From the NCBI GenBank assembly GCA_949373075.1, contig CASIBX010000002.1, forward strand, positions 1,019 to 65,018: a stretch of 64,000 nucleotides of DNA, in the 5' to 3' direction. Position 1 is the first letter of the stretch. Each line of letters begins with the position of its first letter. The position numbers and the translations under genes were made by a program. A model generated the notes under the pieces. That model was not told the origin of the DNA. It saw only the letters and a list, made by a program, of their open reading frames with translations, and ran no database searches. This document shows positions 1-10,041 of the stretch, one piece after another. Source of the stretch: Candidatus Poseidoniaceae archaeon. Its GTDB lineage: Archaea; Thermoplasmatota; Poseidoniia; Poseidoniales; Poseidoniaceae.

Positions 1-18
1 AAGATTGGGCCTGACGCC

Positions 19-639
19 ATGCTGGGGCATTCTTACTTGTTTGTCACTGAAGACGAAGTCGAAACTCTTACCGACGAGGAGGCGGTTTCTGAGATACTAA
101 AACTATCGATTCTCCCTCAGATTGCCGATATACTGACAAGCATGAATAAAACAAATATCGGGATAGTGAATGAAATTAACTCAAAATTAGATCCTTTATC
201 TGACATTGGAGCATCTTCTCACATCTTGAAGGAGCCAGTTGTCAAGAAAAATTCTCTCGATATTGCTGTAACTGTGATTGAAGCTGTGTATTGGGATGCT
301 CCGCTTTTCCAGTATTCTGAAGCACACATTCAACATTTGGGTAATGGAAGAGTGAAGGCTATTGCAGGTTCGAAATTAAAAGAACAAACATCTGAGGCTA
401 GAGCGGGAGATATTAACACAATAGACAAACTTATTGCAGAAAATGTAATTGTTGTATCTGATGACGGAACTAGGGAGTTTGTCAAAGATTTTGAATTTAA
501 TTCAGCAAGCCAAATCGGCAGGATAATTAATGGAAGAGAAAGTCATGAAGGTCCAAGCAAATGGAAAAACGATAGTGGTGAGAGTTTGAGAGATTATTAC
601 CCAGACGTTACAGAACTTCAAAAGAAAGAAAAGTTGTGA
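19..639 (+). CDS. hypothetical protein; possibly 5'-truncated by the window edge, since the frame is open back to position 1
   Basis: A 206 aa ORF whose stop is 1 nt before the next start at 641, which suggests an operon. I do not recognise a family. The frame stays open upstream of the first ATG. Confidence 0.3.
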   Translation: MLGHSYLFVTEDEVETLTDEEAVSEILKLSILPQIADILTSMNKTNIGIVNEINSKLDPLSDIGASSHILKEPVVKKNSLDIAVTVIEAVYWDAPLFQYSEAHIQHLGNGRVKAIAGSKLKEQTSEARAGDINTIDKLIAENVIVVSDDGTREFVKDFEFNSASQIGRIINGRESHEGPSKWKNDSGESLRDYYPDVTELQKKEKL

Positions 640-640
640 A

Positions 641-2116
641 GTGAAACTGATGCCAGAGGTTGAACCCAATCATGATTTCTTAGGTTTAATGGGTATTGAA
701 TTCGAAGAAGGCTTACGGTTGTACGCAATCACACCTAGGTTTTGGTATAAGCGATTTAGCAATGAAGTGCAACACATTGACGATGTTTCGGTAAGAATTC
801 TTCGTCAGAAAGAAAAAGTCGATCTCGGGAACGATGACTTTGCAATGAATGAATGGCAGGAGGTTAAGAAAAATATTCAGCGTATAAAAACTAGTTATGA
901 TGAAAATGATCTATTGGAAGATGTTTTCCTATTGGAAAAAGGGGAGAAGGAACCAACAAAAGTAGTTGAACTAGATTTTACATCTGAAGATGTGCTGATT
1001 AGTCTGTTTAATCTATGCGATTTTTACAGAAAAAATCAGGAACAAGAAGTGCTGGTAGATAGCGAACTCGGATTAAATTCTCTCCCACTTTTCCAGTACG
1101 AGAAATTTGTTGAGAGATTGGAAGAAACGACTAGAGAACTACGCAGAACTTACCGTTCCGTCATCGAACCAGTTGGTGCAGTTAGAGGAAGAATAACCAC
1201 TCGTGGAATGATGATGATGGTGGCTCAACCATCTCCGAGAATTGAATGTGAATTTGAAACATTCGACATTCAAGCACCTCTATACAGAGTAATGATGACA
1301 ACACTAGATGTAATCCGTACGTACCATCTCCCAAAAAGCTTCAAATTCTTGGATGAACGTTTCCAAGGAATTTGCAGAAGAGGGGCAAATTTACGCACTA
1401 AACTGATAGAAATACCTTCTTTTCCACTCTCATCAGCCCTTCGTGAATGTGCAAAACTTCGTCGTCGCTTACCTCGAATGTTCAAACATTTTGAAGAAAT
1501 TATTCCATTAGCTGAGCAAATTCTTAGAAACGAGTCTGAAAAACAAAAAGAACAAGAAAATGAGAAAGATAGTTCATGGTGGCACATCACAGCTCCGAGT
1601 TCAAAATTATGGGAGTTGTTGTTGGAAAAAAGCATGAAAGATAATTCAAATTACCATGTTGAACCCCAAGAACCTCTATCGGGGCCTTGGGAAGGTTCTG
1701 GAACAAAAAACATTGATTTGCGTATCAGCTCAACATCTAAAAGCGATAACGAAGTTATTTTGGTTGATGCAAAGTATGCCATAAAGAAAGATCCACCAAG
1801 CTCATCTTATCAATATCAACAATTCTTTTATGCAGCTGCGTGGGCTGCAGAAGGATTGACACCGTCTGCCGTAGCTCTGGCCCATCCTGCTTCAAATGTC
1901 GAAGAGGAAGAAGCCAAACCAACATCTCATAATCTGGAAGAATATATTGTTGATTTTTTCAATGGTAGCCAAATTCCATTCAAACTTTGGACAATAAGAT
2001 TTCCACAACCTAGTGACCTAAAGAGTTCTGACTTGAGAGCGTACCTATCATCAACAAATACAAGGTTAGTCGAAATGATATCAGAATCTGTATCTGATAA
2101 AAAGCATATCCTTTGA
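641..2116 (+). CDS. McrC-like protein with a C-terminal PD-(D/E)xK-type nuclease motif
   Basis: 491 aa. Near the C-terminus the segment NIDLRISSTSKSDNEVILVDAKYAIKK matches the D-x(n)-D-A-K-Y layout of the McrC/restriction-endonuclease-like fold. It is translationally coupled to the upstream ORF. Confidence 0.35.
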   Translation: MKLMPEVEPNHDFLGLMGIEFEEGLRLYAITPRFWYKRFSNEVQHIDDVSVRILRQKEKVDLGNDDFAMNEWQEVKKNIQRIKTSYDENDLLEDVFLLEKGEKEPTKVVELDFTSEDVLISLFNLCDFYRKNQEQEVLVDSELGLNSLPLFQYEKFVERLEETTRELRRTYRSVIEPVGAVRGRITTRGMMMMVAQPSPRIECEFETFDIQAPLYRVMMTTLDVIRTYHLPKSFKFLDERFQGICRRGANLRTKLIEIPSFPLSSALRECAKLRRRLPRMFKHFEEIIPLAEQILRNESEKQKEQENEKDSSWWHITAPSSKLWELLLEKSMKDNSNYHVEPQEPLSGPWEGSGTKNIDLRISSTSKSDNEVILVDAKYAIKKDPPSSSYQYQQFFYAAAWAAEGLTPSAVALAHPASNVEEEEAKPTSHNLEEYIVDFFNGSQIPFKLWTIRFPQPSDLKSSDLRAYLSSTNTRLVEMISESVSDKKHIL

Positions 2117-2117
2117 A

Positions 2118-2477
2118 TTAGTATTCTGAGTATTTCTTTGAGTTACCAAACGACTTCTCAACAGGGTATTTCTCAGCATTATGTTTCAACTTCTGATCAA
2201 TTATTTGAATTGGATCAAGTTCTAATTTCGAACATAAATTCAGACAGTACACCATCACATCAGCCAACTCATGACTAATGCTTTGCACCAACTTTTCATC
2301 TTGTAAGACTTCGTCCTTGGTTGGATTAGTCCACTGAACAGTCTCACTCAATTCAGCAGCTTCAATGGAAATAGAAGCGACCAAGTTCTTCACTGTGTGA
2401 AACTGTTCCCAGTCTCTCTTTGAAACGAAATTATCAATCTCAGCAATCGTGTAGTCTAACGAATCAGTTGAGGACAT
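2118..2477 (-). CDS. MazG-like nucleoside triphosphate pyrophosphohydrolase (small all-alpha NTP-PPase)
   Basis: 119 aa. An EAAELSE...W acidic helix pair typical of the MazG/dCTPase-like family. The size fits. Confidence 0.55.
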   Translation of the reverse strand: MSSTDSLDYTIAEIDNFVSKRDWEQFHTVKNLVASISIEAAELSETVQWTNPTKDEVLQDEKLVQSISHELADVMVYCLNLCSKLELDPIQIIDQKLKHNAEKYPVEKSFGNSKKYSEY

Positions 2478-2514
2478 AGTCCTGACTCAGGGGCGTTCCC
2501 TAAAGTATTTTCAA

Positions 2515-2937
2515 TCAGTATTGTTCGAGTACAAGTTCAGTAGTTGTGCTTGCAATCTCACTAGGTGCTGCCATCCACATTCTGTCTAGAAGTGTGCGCA
2601 GAGCCATTGTGTCATCAACGTGAACAAGAGCGATTAGGTCAGCATCTCCTGAAACTTCGTAAAGAATTTCAACGCCTTCCCAGCCAGTTACTTCACCAGC
2701 AAAGGTTCCGATTTCAGCACCAGGTGAAACCTTGATTCGAATAAGGGCAGTTAGCCCAACTCCACCTTCACGAACAGTGTATCCGCGAATAGTTCCGATC
2801 TCTTCCATACGCCTTACGTGTGTGCGCACTGTACGCTCACTTGCACCTACTAACTTAGCAAGTTCAACAAAAGACATACGTCCATTCTTTCTCAATTCCG
2901 CTAGGATTGCACGGTCGATTTCTGCGATTCGGGCCAT
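2515..2937 (-). CDS. Lrp/AsnC family transcriptional regulator
   Basis: N-terminal HTH (MARIAEIDRAILAELRKNGRMSFVELAKLVGASERTV) followed by a RAM domain. The ORF in the track is longer; the internal Met at 2937 gives the canonical ~140 aa Lrp. Confidence 0.8.
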   Translation of the reverse strand: MARIAEIDRAILAELRKNGRMSFVELAKLVGASERTVRTHVRRMEEIGTIRGYTVREGGVGLTALIRIKVSPGAEIGTFAGEVTGWEGVEILYEVSGDADLIALVHVDDTMALRTLLDRMWMAAPSEIASTTTELVLEQY

Positions 2938-3096
2938 GTTAAGCGGTCCCGCTATATGTATATGAAACTGTTTAATTCTTATTATAAGCGGAAAGAAAAA
3001 AACGATATTTGTATTTAATCGGAAAAATCTTTCCAGTAGTGGGATTTGGTAAAATAGTCTAATTAATGTCAATTAGTTATCATATTATGAACCTTT

Positions 3097-3594
3097 TTGC
3101 ATCATAAAAAGAAAACCATCCCCTTAAAAGAACCCAGTGTGTCAGATAACACGATGAACACTGCTGGAACAGTTTCACATGCAGAAGTACAAGCCTTCTT
3201 CGACGAGGTATTGTCATTGAAATTATCTGACAAACACAATGAGTGGTATCAGGTAGATGTGGCGGCGGTTTTGGACGGTTGCGATATTCAAGGTCATGAA
3301 GTAGACCAAGCATCTGGCGATTCTCTGATTTTCCTAAAATCTTCTCTATTGTTTTGCTCACCAGAATTAGGTGTAATGCGACATTACCCTCGTAGCCTAA
3401 TCCACTGCTTTGTTGAAGATAAGAGGTCAAAAAAGGATGAGGAAGATGAAGAGTTACTATTCAGGGGAGAGTTATTCTCGGTAACCCCTGAATCTGAACA
3501 ATTATGTTGGGTGCGGGATTGTACTTTAGATTATGAAATCCCTTCGACCCAATCAATCATTGCAAGTTGGATGAAGTGGCTCAATCAAGCCTGA
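3097..3594 (+). CDS. hypothetical protein
   Basis: 165 aa ORF upstream of eno on the same strand. No recognisable motifs. The start is uncertain; an alternative Met lies at 3154. A 116 aa ORF (3080..3430) on the opposite strand overlaps it. Confidence 0.3.
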   Translation: MHHKKKTIPLKEPSVSDNTMNTAGTVSHAEVQAFFDEVLSLKLSDKHNEWYQVDVAAVLDGCDIQGHEVDQASGDSLIFLKSSLLFCSPELGVMRHYPRSLIHCFVEDKRSKKDEEDEELLFRGELFSVTPESEQLCWVRDCTLDYEIPSTQSIIASWMKWLNQA

Positions 3595-3650
3595 TTCTTT
3601 CCGTTTGTTTCAAGGGTGGGCCACGACTCGCCTAGTTTAGAGGCACCTCA

Positions 3651-4901
3651 ATGTCTGACATCATATCTGGTCTCGATGCAAGAATGGTTCTTGATAGCCG
3701 TGGAAATCCAACCGTGGAAGTAGATTGCTACGTTGATGGTGGATTACTTGGCCGTGCTATGGTTCCCAGCGGAGCTTCAACAGGCGCCTATGAAGCGGTT
3801 GAATTACGCGATGGTGATGCCTCTCGCTGGCTTGGTAGAGGCGTTGATGATGCAGTGAACAATGTGGTGGAGTCAATCCAGGAAGCGCTTGTTGGAATGC
3901 CAGTGGATGACCAGAAAGCAATCGATGAAATCATGATCGAGTTGGATGGAACTCCGAACAAAGCCAATCTTGGTGCTAATGCAATGCTTGGAGTATCGAT
4001 GGCTTGCCTACACGCAGGAGCCGCTTTGCATGAACTTCCTCTTTGGAGATACGTTGGCGGAGTTGCTGGCGGATTGATGCCTGTCCCAATGCTCAACATC
4101 CTCAACGGTGGCGCTCATGCTGCATCGAATGTTGACATCCAAGAATTCATGGTCATGCCTCATGGGTTTGATACATTCCCTGAAGCACTACGCGCAGGTG
4201 TAGAGTGTTATCATGCTCTGAAGAAGGAACTCAAGGCTGATGGTTTGCTTGGTGGAGTTGGCGATGAAGGTGGGTTTGCACCAAACCTTCCAGCCAATGA
4301 AGCGGGACTTGGATACATGGTTCGTGCAATTGAAGGCGCAGGATACAGTACTGAAGAAATTGGGATCGCCCTCGATGTAGCATCTACTGAATTTTACAAG
4401 GATGATGCTTACCATATGGATGGCAAAGCAATCTCTGGGGAAGAGTTGTCAGATATTTACGCTGGGTGGGTTGATGAATATCCACTACTTTCAATCGAAG
4501 ATGGGTTTGCAGAAGATGATTGGCGAAGCTGGTCTCATTGTATGAGAGATATTGGCGACAGGGTGCAATTGGTTGGAGATGACCTATTCGTTACTCAGAC
4601 TGAACGTCTGTCGATGGGAATTGAATCTAAGGCTGCAAATGCAATCTTGGTCAAAGTCAATCAGGTAGGGACAATAACTGAAACATTGGAGACAATGGAC
4701 TTAGCCTCCGCCCATGGGATGAACTCCGTAGTCAGTCATCGCTCAGGCGAGACCGAAGATACGACAATTGCAGATTTAGCGGTTGGAACTCGTGCTGGCC
4801 AAATCAAGACCGGCGCACCGGCTCGTTCAGACCGCGTTGCCAAGTACAATCAATTACTAAGAATCAGTAATGAAGTAAGCGAATATCGCTCACCATTCTG
4901 A
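3651..4901 (+). CDS. eno: enolase (phosphopyruvate hydratase)
   Basis: 416 aa, colinear with enolases. The signature [10 protein letters not shown] and the catalytic/metal-binding segments are present. Confidence 0.95.
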   Translation: MSDIISGLDARMVLDSRGNPTVEVDCYVDGGLLGRAMVPSGASTGAYEAVELRDGDASRWLGRGVDDAVNNVVESIQEALVGMPVDDQKAIDEIMIELDGTPNKANLGANAMLGVSMACLHAGAALHELPLWRYVGGVAGGLMPVPMLNILNGGAHAASNVDIQEFMVMPHGFDTFPEALRAGVECYHALKKELKADGLLGGVGDEGGFAPNLPANEAGLGYMVRAIEGAGYSTEEIGIALDVASTEFYKDDAYHMDGKAISGEELSDIYAGWVDEYPLLSIEDGFAEDDWRSWSHCMRDIGDRVQLVGDDLFVTQTERLSMGIESKAANAILVKVNQVGTITETLETMDLASAHGMNSVVSHRSGETEDTTIADLAVGTRAGQIKTGAPARSDRVAKYNQLLRISNEVSEYRSPF

Positions 4902-4910
4902 GGTGATTAA

Positions 4911-5927
4911 ATGAAGGTTAGACGGGAATTAATCCCGGTTGTAATTGCCCTTTTGTTTCTGCTAATCGCTAGACAAATCTATCCTTATGCGGGCGTCATG
5001 GAAGCTAAAGTTGCAGATGGATATAGCCAAGAAACCATTGCAACCGGCTTAGGAGGCCCGACTTGCTTAGTATTCGACGAAGAAGTATTGTTGGTCTGTG
5101 ACCGAGATGGAGGTCGAATAATAACGGTGGAAGGAGAGGTTATTCTATCTGGTTTAGATCACCCTCATGGAATGTTATTGTTGGATGATGCAGTTATTAT
5201 TTCAGAAGAAGGAAAACTAACTCGCTATGATTCCAACTTTGAAAATCCAGAAGTTTTGGTCCAGGGAATACCTTCGGGTAACCACCAAACTAATGCAGTT
5301 AATTTGCTACCAAATGGAACTTTGATCTGGCATAGTGGAAGCACCTGCAACCACTGCAATGAAGACGATTCTCGTAACGCAGCACTTCTTTGGGTAAACG
5401 CAACAACCGGCGAGCACGGGATTCTAGCAACAGGTGTAAGGAATTCATTTGATGGAGTATGGGTTGACGAAATCGGCTACCTATTCACCGATAATGGTCA
5501 AGATGCAGAGGGTAATGATTTTCCAAATGAAGAAGTAAATCTCTTGGTTGATGGTGCAGATTATGGCTGGTTAGTCGAGTCAAAAAGCGACCCTAATCCA
5601 GATGGCACCGAAGCACCAGTTGCAACTTGGACTCCCCATACCTCGGTAAATGGAATGACTACTCGCCCAGCAAATATGCCAGGTGATAATTACACAGTTT
5701 ATGCTACGGTGTATGGTTCATGGGCTACTATTTTACCAGCTGGACATCAGATTCTCAAAATCGACTTTACCCAAACCGATGATGGCTGGGTAGGCGATGT
5801 TGAACTCTTCGCTGAAGACGTCGGAACGCCTTTGCCAATTACGGGAGGGCCTGACGGCAACCTGTATTATGCAACATTCGACCACGGCGGTTCAATTCAC
5901 GTAATTAGCCCTGAAGCCAATTCTTGA
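4911..5927 (+). CDS. PQQ-dependent sugar dehydrogenase family protein (soluble glucose/sorbosone dehydrogenase-like beta-propeller), secreted or membrane-anchored
   Basis: N-terminal hydrophobic anchor. GSDH-family motifs: RNSFDGVWVDEIGYLFTDNGQD, EEVNLLVDGADYGW and GPDGNLYYA. Confidence 0.55.
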   Translation: MKVRRELIPVVIALLFLLIARQIYPYAGVMEAKVADGYSQETIATGLGGPTCLVFDEEVLLVCDRDGGRIITVEGEVILSGLDHPHGMLLLDDAVIISEEGKLTRYDSNFENPEVLVQGIPSGNHQTNAVNLLPNGTLIWHSGSTCNHCNEDDSRNAALLWVNATTGEHGILATGVRNSFDGVWVDEIGYLFTDNGQDAEGNDFPNEEVNLLVDGADYGWLVESKSDPNPDGTEAPVATWTPHTSVNGMTTRPANMPGDNYTVYATVYGSWATILPAGHQILKIDFTQTDDGWVGDVELFAEDVGTPLPITGGPDGNLYYATFDHGGSIHVISPEANS

Positions 5928-7038
5928 GGCGCTTACATCCTTCACGGATTTGGTCAAGACTTGTTCCATAACTCAGTCGAACCAGGCCTTCGCCACCAGG
6001 CATTAATGACCCCGGGACAACTTGAACTTGTGCCTCTTCCAATGCTCTTGTTGCGAATTCAATGTCATCCATGCCAGTTCCTGTAATATCGGCTAAGATG
6101 TAGAATGCACCTTCTGGCTTTGGCGCATTGATTCCGGGAATTTCTTCTATTAACGAATGAAAGACCCTTCTTCTTTCAGTAAAAGCCTCAAGGAATTCTT
6201 GGGGCTCTTTTTCTAATCCAAGAGCAACCGCTCCTGACCCCATCAAGAAAGTAGGAACGTGGCTAGCAGAACTGGCTTGACATGTTTTCACGCCTTCCAT
6301 TACCTGTGAAGGGCCAGTTATCCAGCCCATTCTCCAGCCGGTCATAGCCCATATTTTCGACCATCCCCCAATCGTTAGAGTTCTCTCTTTCCCATCTTCA
6401 AATGTAGCGGGTGAAGTATAGAGGTGGTCTGAATAAACAAGATCAGAATAAATCATGTCATCAAAAATCCACAAATCATTTTCTGCAGCTATTGCAGTCA
6501 ACTCTTCAACTTCGCTAGACAGGTAAACTGCACCGGTTGGGTTGTTTGGAGAATTGATAATTATCGCTTTGGTCTTGGAGGTAATAGCAGCACGAGTAGC
6601 ATCCATATCAGGGTGATAATTTTCTCTTTTAACAGGGACGTGGATTGGCACAGCTCCAATCAATTTCAACATTCCATCATAAGATGGCCATGCTGGTGCA
6701 AATAGAATTACTTCATCTCCAGGGTTCAGGCAAGTCATCATTGCGTAAAGCAGGGATTGTTTACAACCAGGGGATATCAACACATCGTTTGGGTCGGCTT
6801 TTATTCCATATTTAGTAAGGTAATTAGCAACCGAGTTACAAACTTCCTCTGTACCTTGGCTACGAGTGTATCCGTGTTCTCCTGCATCTAAGGCGTTCTT
6901 AGCCGAATCAACAACGGCCTCAGGAGTTCTGAAATTGGGTTGACCGACAGAAAATCGAACTACTCCTTCTGGAGGTGGAGACAGGAATGCAGCAAAACCA
7001 CGACCAACATTTCCAATGTTTGAATTTATTGATGGCAC
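5905..7038 (-). CDS. class I/II pyridoxal-phosphate aminotransferase (aspartate aminotransferase-like)
   Basis: 377 aa. NPTG motif; SKIWAMTGWRMGW with the PLP lysine context. Colinear with AspB/AAT. Confidence 0.85.
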   Translation of the reverse strand: MPSINSNIGNVGRGFAAFLSPPPEGVVRFSVGQPNFRTPEAVVDSAKNALDAGEHGYTRSQGTEEVCNSVANYLTKYGIKADPNDVLISPGCKQSLLYAMMTCLNPGDEVILFAPAWPSYDGMLKLIGAVPIHVPVKRENYHPDMDATRAAITSKTKAIIINSPNNPTGAVYLSSEVEELTAIAAENDLWIFDDMIYSDLVYSDHLYTSPATFEDGKERTLTIGGWSKIWAMTGWRMGWITGPSQVMEGVKTCQASSASHVPTFLMGSGAVALGLEKEPQEFLEAFTERRRVFHSLIEEIPGINAPKPEGAFYILADITGTGMDDIEFATRALEEAQVQVVPGSLMPGGEGLVRLSYGTSLDQIREGCKRLKNWLQG

Positions 7039-7103
7039 GATATTGGCTCCTTGGGTTGTACACGCCTATTGGGCATGCGCTATGAATAATACTACTATTC
7101 TGA

Positions 7104-8135
7104 CTACAAATCATCAAAGAAATCATCTTCTAGGTCGTCTTCGAAATCGTCTTCTTCAAACTCATCATCGAAGTCGTCTCCGAAGTCATCATCTTCCTCC
7201 GACATTTCAAAAATATCATTAGAAGTTTTTCTTCTTACTAATACAACAACCACTGCGGCAACTACCATTGTACCAATAATGGCTCCAATAATCATGACAG
7301 TATTTCCGGATAAAGAATCTGAAAAATTTCCAGAATCATCTTCAGAAAGAGAGATAATGGCTGATGCGTATTGAGTATTGCACATTCCTTCATACCTACA
7401 CGAGAATTCACTGGTTGCATAAAACCCAATGTAAAAAGAATCTACTTTTCCAACTTTATCAGGTGTAGTTATTTCGAAAATAATACTTTCAATTTGGCCC
7501 CCATTTGATCTTGGTTCAATTTGTATTCTGAAACCACTAGCAGTCCCAATAAAACCTTCATCTTCCATTATTTTACTATCATCCAAACCAATACTAAAAA
7601 AATCAATTTGGTTACCTAAATTTTCTACAAGAACTTCAACTTCAAAACTACTTCCTGCATTAACATCAATGACGCTTTCACTACTAATTATTGATAAATC
7701 ACTATATTGCATAATATATAGTATTCCTGTAAGCTTAGAAGATGCGTTATTCGGTGGCGGTACACCATTTGCAGAAACTACCACCGCTTCAACACTCCAA
7801 GATCTGGATTGCATCAACATGCCAATTTCGGCTTTAAATGAAAGCTGAATCTCTACTTCTCCACCGGGCCCAATGTTCACTTTACTAGAGCCAGTGTTTG
7901 GCAAACCATCACTTAATACTGTTATTTCTACCTCTTCTTGGTAAAGTGTCGGATTTGAAACTATACAGTTTGAATACCCGAATGTATTTGCTCCAGGGTG
8001 GACTTTGATTTGAACGGAAGTAGTTTCACAAACTATGTCTACCTCAGGTACAGTACTTTGCGCTTCAACACTATACGCAAAAGCAGTCAAAACGAAAAGA
8101 CTTGCACATAATATCGTAGAAAACCACTCCGACAT
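7104..8135 (-). CDS. type I membrane surface protein with an acidic cytoplasmic tail
   Basis: N-terminal signal peptide, a beta-rich ectodomain, a single C-terminal TM helix (VMIIGAIIGTMVVAAVVVVLV) and then a tail rich in D/E/F (DDFDDEFEEDDFEDD...). Confidence 0.45.
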   Translation of the reverse strand: MSEWFSTILCASLFVLTAFAYSVEAQSTVPEVDIVCETTSVQIKVHPGANTFGYSNCIVSNPTLYQEEVEITVLSDGLPNTGSSKVNIGPGGEVEIQLSFKAEIGMLMQSRSWSVEAVVVSANGVPPPNNASSKLTGILYIMQYSDLSIISSESVIDVNAGSSFEVEVLVENLGNQIDFFSIGLDDSKIMEDEGFIGTASGFRIQIEPRSNGGQIESIIFEITTPDKVGKVDSFYIGFYATSEFSCRYEGMCNTQYASAIISLSEDDSGNFSDSLSGNTVMIIGAIIGTMVVAAVVVVLVRRKTSNDIFEMSEEDDDFGDDFDDEFEEDDFEDDLEDDFFDDL

Positions 8136-8180
8136 GTATTCAAGTCATCACTCATCAGTAATCATCTTGTTCCCGGCATT

Positions 8181-9005
8181 TCATGAAAATAAGATGCCCC
8201 AAGAGCCATTTTCCCAACAATGGCATTCTTTGACTCCACCAGCATTTGGCGAAGTCATTGCGAACATAATTTTCTCATAACCTACATGGGGGATTGGTTT
8301 TGTCTCAACCCAGTGTAAGCCATTCTCTTCTCTGATCGATAAAATATTCCACGTGGTATTATCATCATCAGGAAAACTGGCAAGTCCAACCTGCTGGATA
8401 TTTCTACGAATATCTCTTTCAAAATCCGAGTCTACAATGCTTCCAGCCACTGTAGCCGCTGAATCTACCGATTTAGGCGGGTTTTGGCCAAACGGGTCGA
8501 AAACCATCCTATCCCGTTTCCCAGTGCTAAAATGTGGTGTCCATCTTCCATCATCCCACGCATGCCCCTCGATTAGGTCATCATAAGTGGCCCCTGATAG
8601 TACAAACCTTGCTCTTGAATCCAAATGCGAGACCTGAGTGTTCTTTGAGGACGCGACAATCCAATACAATCCATCTATTTCTTCAACAGACTCCAATGTC
8701 CATTTTGCCCACTTCCCATCAACGGGCCTTCCGGTTTTACCACAGGTTGCTTCACGGTAGCAATTTTCTCCAATATTTTGGATATTTTGTCTTAACTGTT
8801 CTTCAATCGACGATATATTGCTGAAATAATTTCCAACTTCGATTTCTGAATTTGCTGAGAAATAACCACTTTCGGGTTCCGCCGGAGCGGCAGGGGTAGA
8901 GGGCGGAGGCGGGGGCATTACAGGAGGGGAAGTCGGTGGGGCAGGAATCCATTCCGTACCGGTCCACAACCACTTACCATCTGGGCTAATAGTTCCCTTT
9001 GACAT
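8181..9005 (-). CDS. hypothetical protein with a Pro-rich linker
   Basis: 274 aa. A Trp-containing N-terminal segment, then PAPPTSPPVMPPPPPSTPAAP, then a globular C-terminal domain. No family recognised. Confidence 0.35.
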   Translation of the reverse strand: MSKGTISPDGKWLWTGTEWIPAPPTSPPVMPPPPPSTPAAPAEPESGYFSANSEIEVGNYFSNISSIEEQLRQNIQNIGENCYREATCGKTGRPVDGKWAKWTLESVEEIDGLYWIVASSKNTQVSHLDSRARFVLSGATYDDLIEGHAWDDGRWTPHFSTGKRDRMVFDPFGQNPPKSVDSAATVAGSIVDSDFERDIRRNIQQVGLASFPDDDNTTWNILSIREENGLHWVETKPIPHVGYEKIMFAMTSPNAGGVKECHCWENGSWGILFS

Positions 9006-9053
9006 AACTTGTAATGAATTGGCACTACTGATTATCTTTTGGATAAAATAAAT

Positions 9054-9127
9054 TGGAGCACGGACTGAGATTTGAACTCAGGTCTCAGGATCTGCAATCC
9101 CGCTCATAGCCGCTCTGACATCCGTGC
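9054..9127 (-). tRNA. tRNA-Cys (anticodon GCA), compact 71 nt body with the 3' CCA apparently encoded
   Basis: Folded by hand on the minus strand. Acceptor GCACGGA/UCCGUGC is 7 bp. Anticodon stem CGGGA/UCCUG with loop UUGCAGA. T-arm CUGAG-UUCAAAU-CUCAG. Discriminator U, then CCA. The D-arm is short (3 bp) and the variable loop is 4 nt. Confidence 0.55.
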
Positions 9128-9217
9128 AGTAAACGGTGGGACCGGCAAGGTGTATTTCAACGCGCCTCAAGTTAAAATGAATAAATTCGGCAAGTAATTT
9201 TTAACCTAAAACCATCA

Positions 9218-10030
9218 GTGTTGTCTATGGACGAGCCTCAATCTGAAATACCAATTGAAGTCAACGCACCACCTTCCATTGAACTTAATGTAGGAAATAT
9301 TGTGTCTACTCAGCCTACGGCACTAGCTGGCGACACTAACCAATCTTCTCAAAATCTATTCAATCTAGCAGACCCTCAAAACGTTAGTTTCGTTATGGGT
9401 CCAAATGGCCAACTAGTCGCTGTTGCCAAACCTCCATTCGTATGGAAACACTTCTTAATTGGTGGGGGAATACCGTTTGCTCTCTATGGCATACCCTTAC
9501 TGTTAATGCTTATTGCAAGCGGGATTTCTGAAGGGGAATACATCTGGGAAGATGTAGAGCTAGTAGCTGAAGAGAACTCTACGGCTTACACCGGAGAATT
9601 CGCCCTCGAGTCGGATTACAGGCTAGAATGGTGCAGCGTCTATATTGATACAGACGACATGGAGCAATCAACTCGCAGGTATGTATGCGAAGCGGATGGT
9701 GACGACGCAAGCATTTTAGATTCTTACACCGGTGAAGCCGTTGGCTATTGGAATAGTCAGAATAGCACCATCTATCTTGATGCGGGAATCAATCACGGAG
9801 ATGACGGGCTAAACATCCAGTTCGAATCACAAGCAGAAGAAGGCATTTTAATGGAAATCCTGTATGATGCTGAAGAGTTAATGATAATGGGTTGCTGTTT
9901 AGGATTTTTATTGAGCATAGTTTTCATCATCGCAGGGTTTTCCTCAGGCAGACCAGGTATGGGCTGGGGTGGAGTTGCAGCACTAGCCGCAATCCCAGTT
10001 ATCGGAATCTTAGCGGCAGGAATCGCTTGA
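9218..10030 (+). CDS. membrane protein, hypothetical
   Basis: 270 aa with 2-3 predicted TM helices, one central and one C-terminal. Confidence 0.4.
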   Translation: MLSMDEPQSEIPIEVNAPPSIELNVGNIVSTQPTALAGDTNQSSQNLFNLADPQNVSFVMGPNGQLVAVAKPPFVWKHFLIGGGIPFALYGIPLLLMLIASGISEGEYIWEDVELVAEENSTAYTGEFALESDYRLEWCSVYIDTDDMEQSTRRYVCEADGDDASILDSYTGEAVGYWNSQNSTIYLDAGINHGDDGLNIQFESQAEEGILMEILYDAEELMIMGCCLGFLLSIVFIIAGFSSGRPGMGWGGVAALAAIPVIGILAAGIA

Positions 10031-10041
10031 GGTGGATCTGG

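Noticed and set aside
9892-10041. The 5' extension of the GNAT ORF in the supplied track, which overlaps the 9218..10030 membrane-protein gene by about 140 nt
   Set aside because: The overlap region has no in-frame ATG and its translation is non-GNAT-like. An in-frame GTG at 10042, directly after the upstream stop and preceded by a purine-rich stretch, gives a normal-length (172 aa) GNAT.
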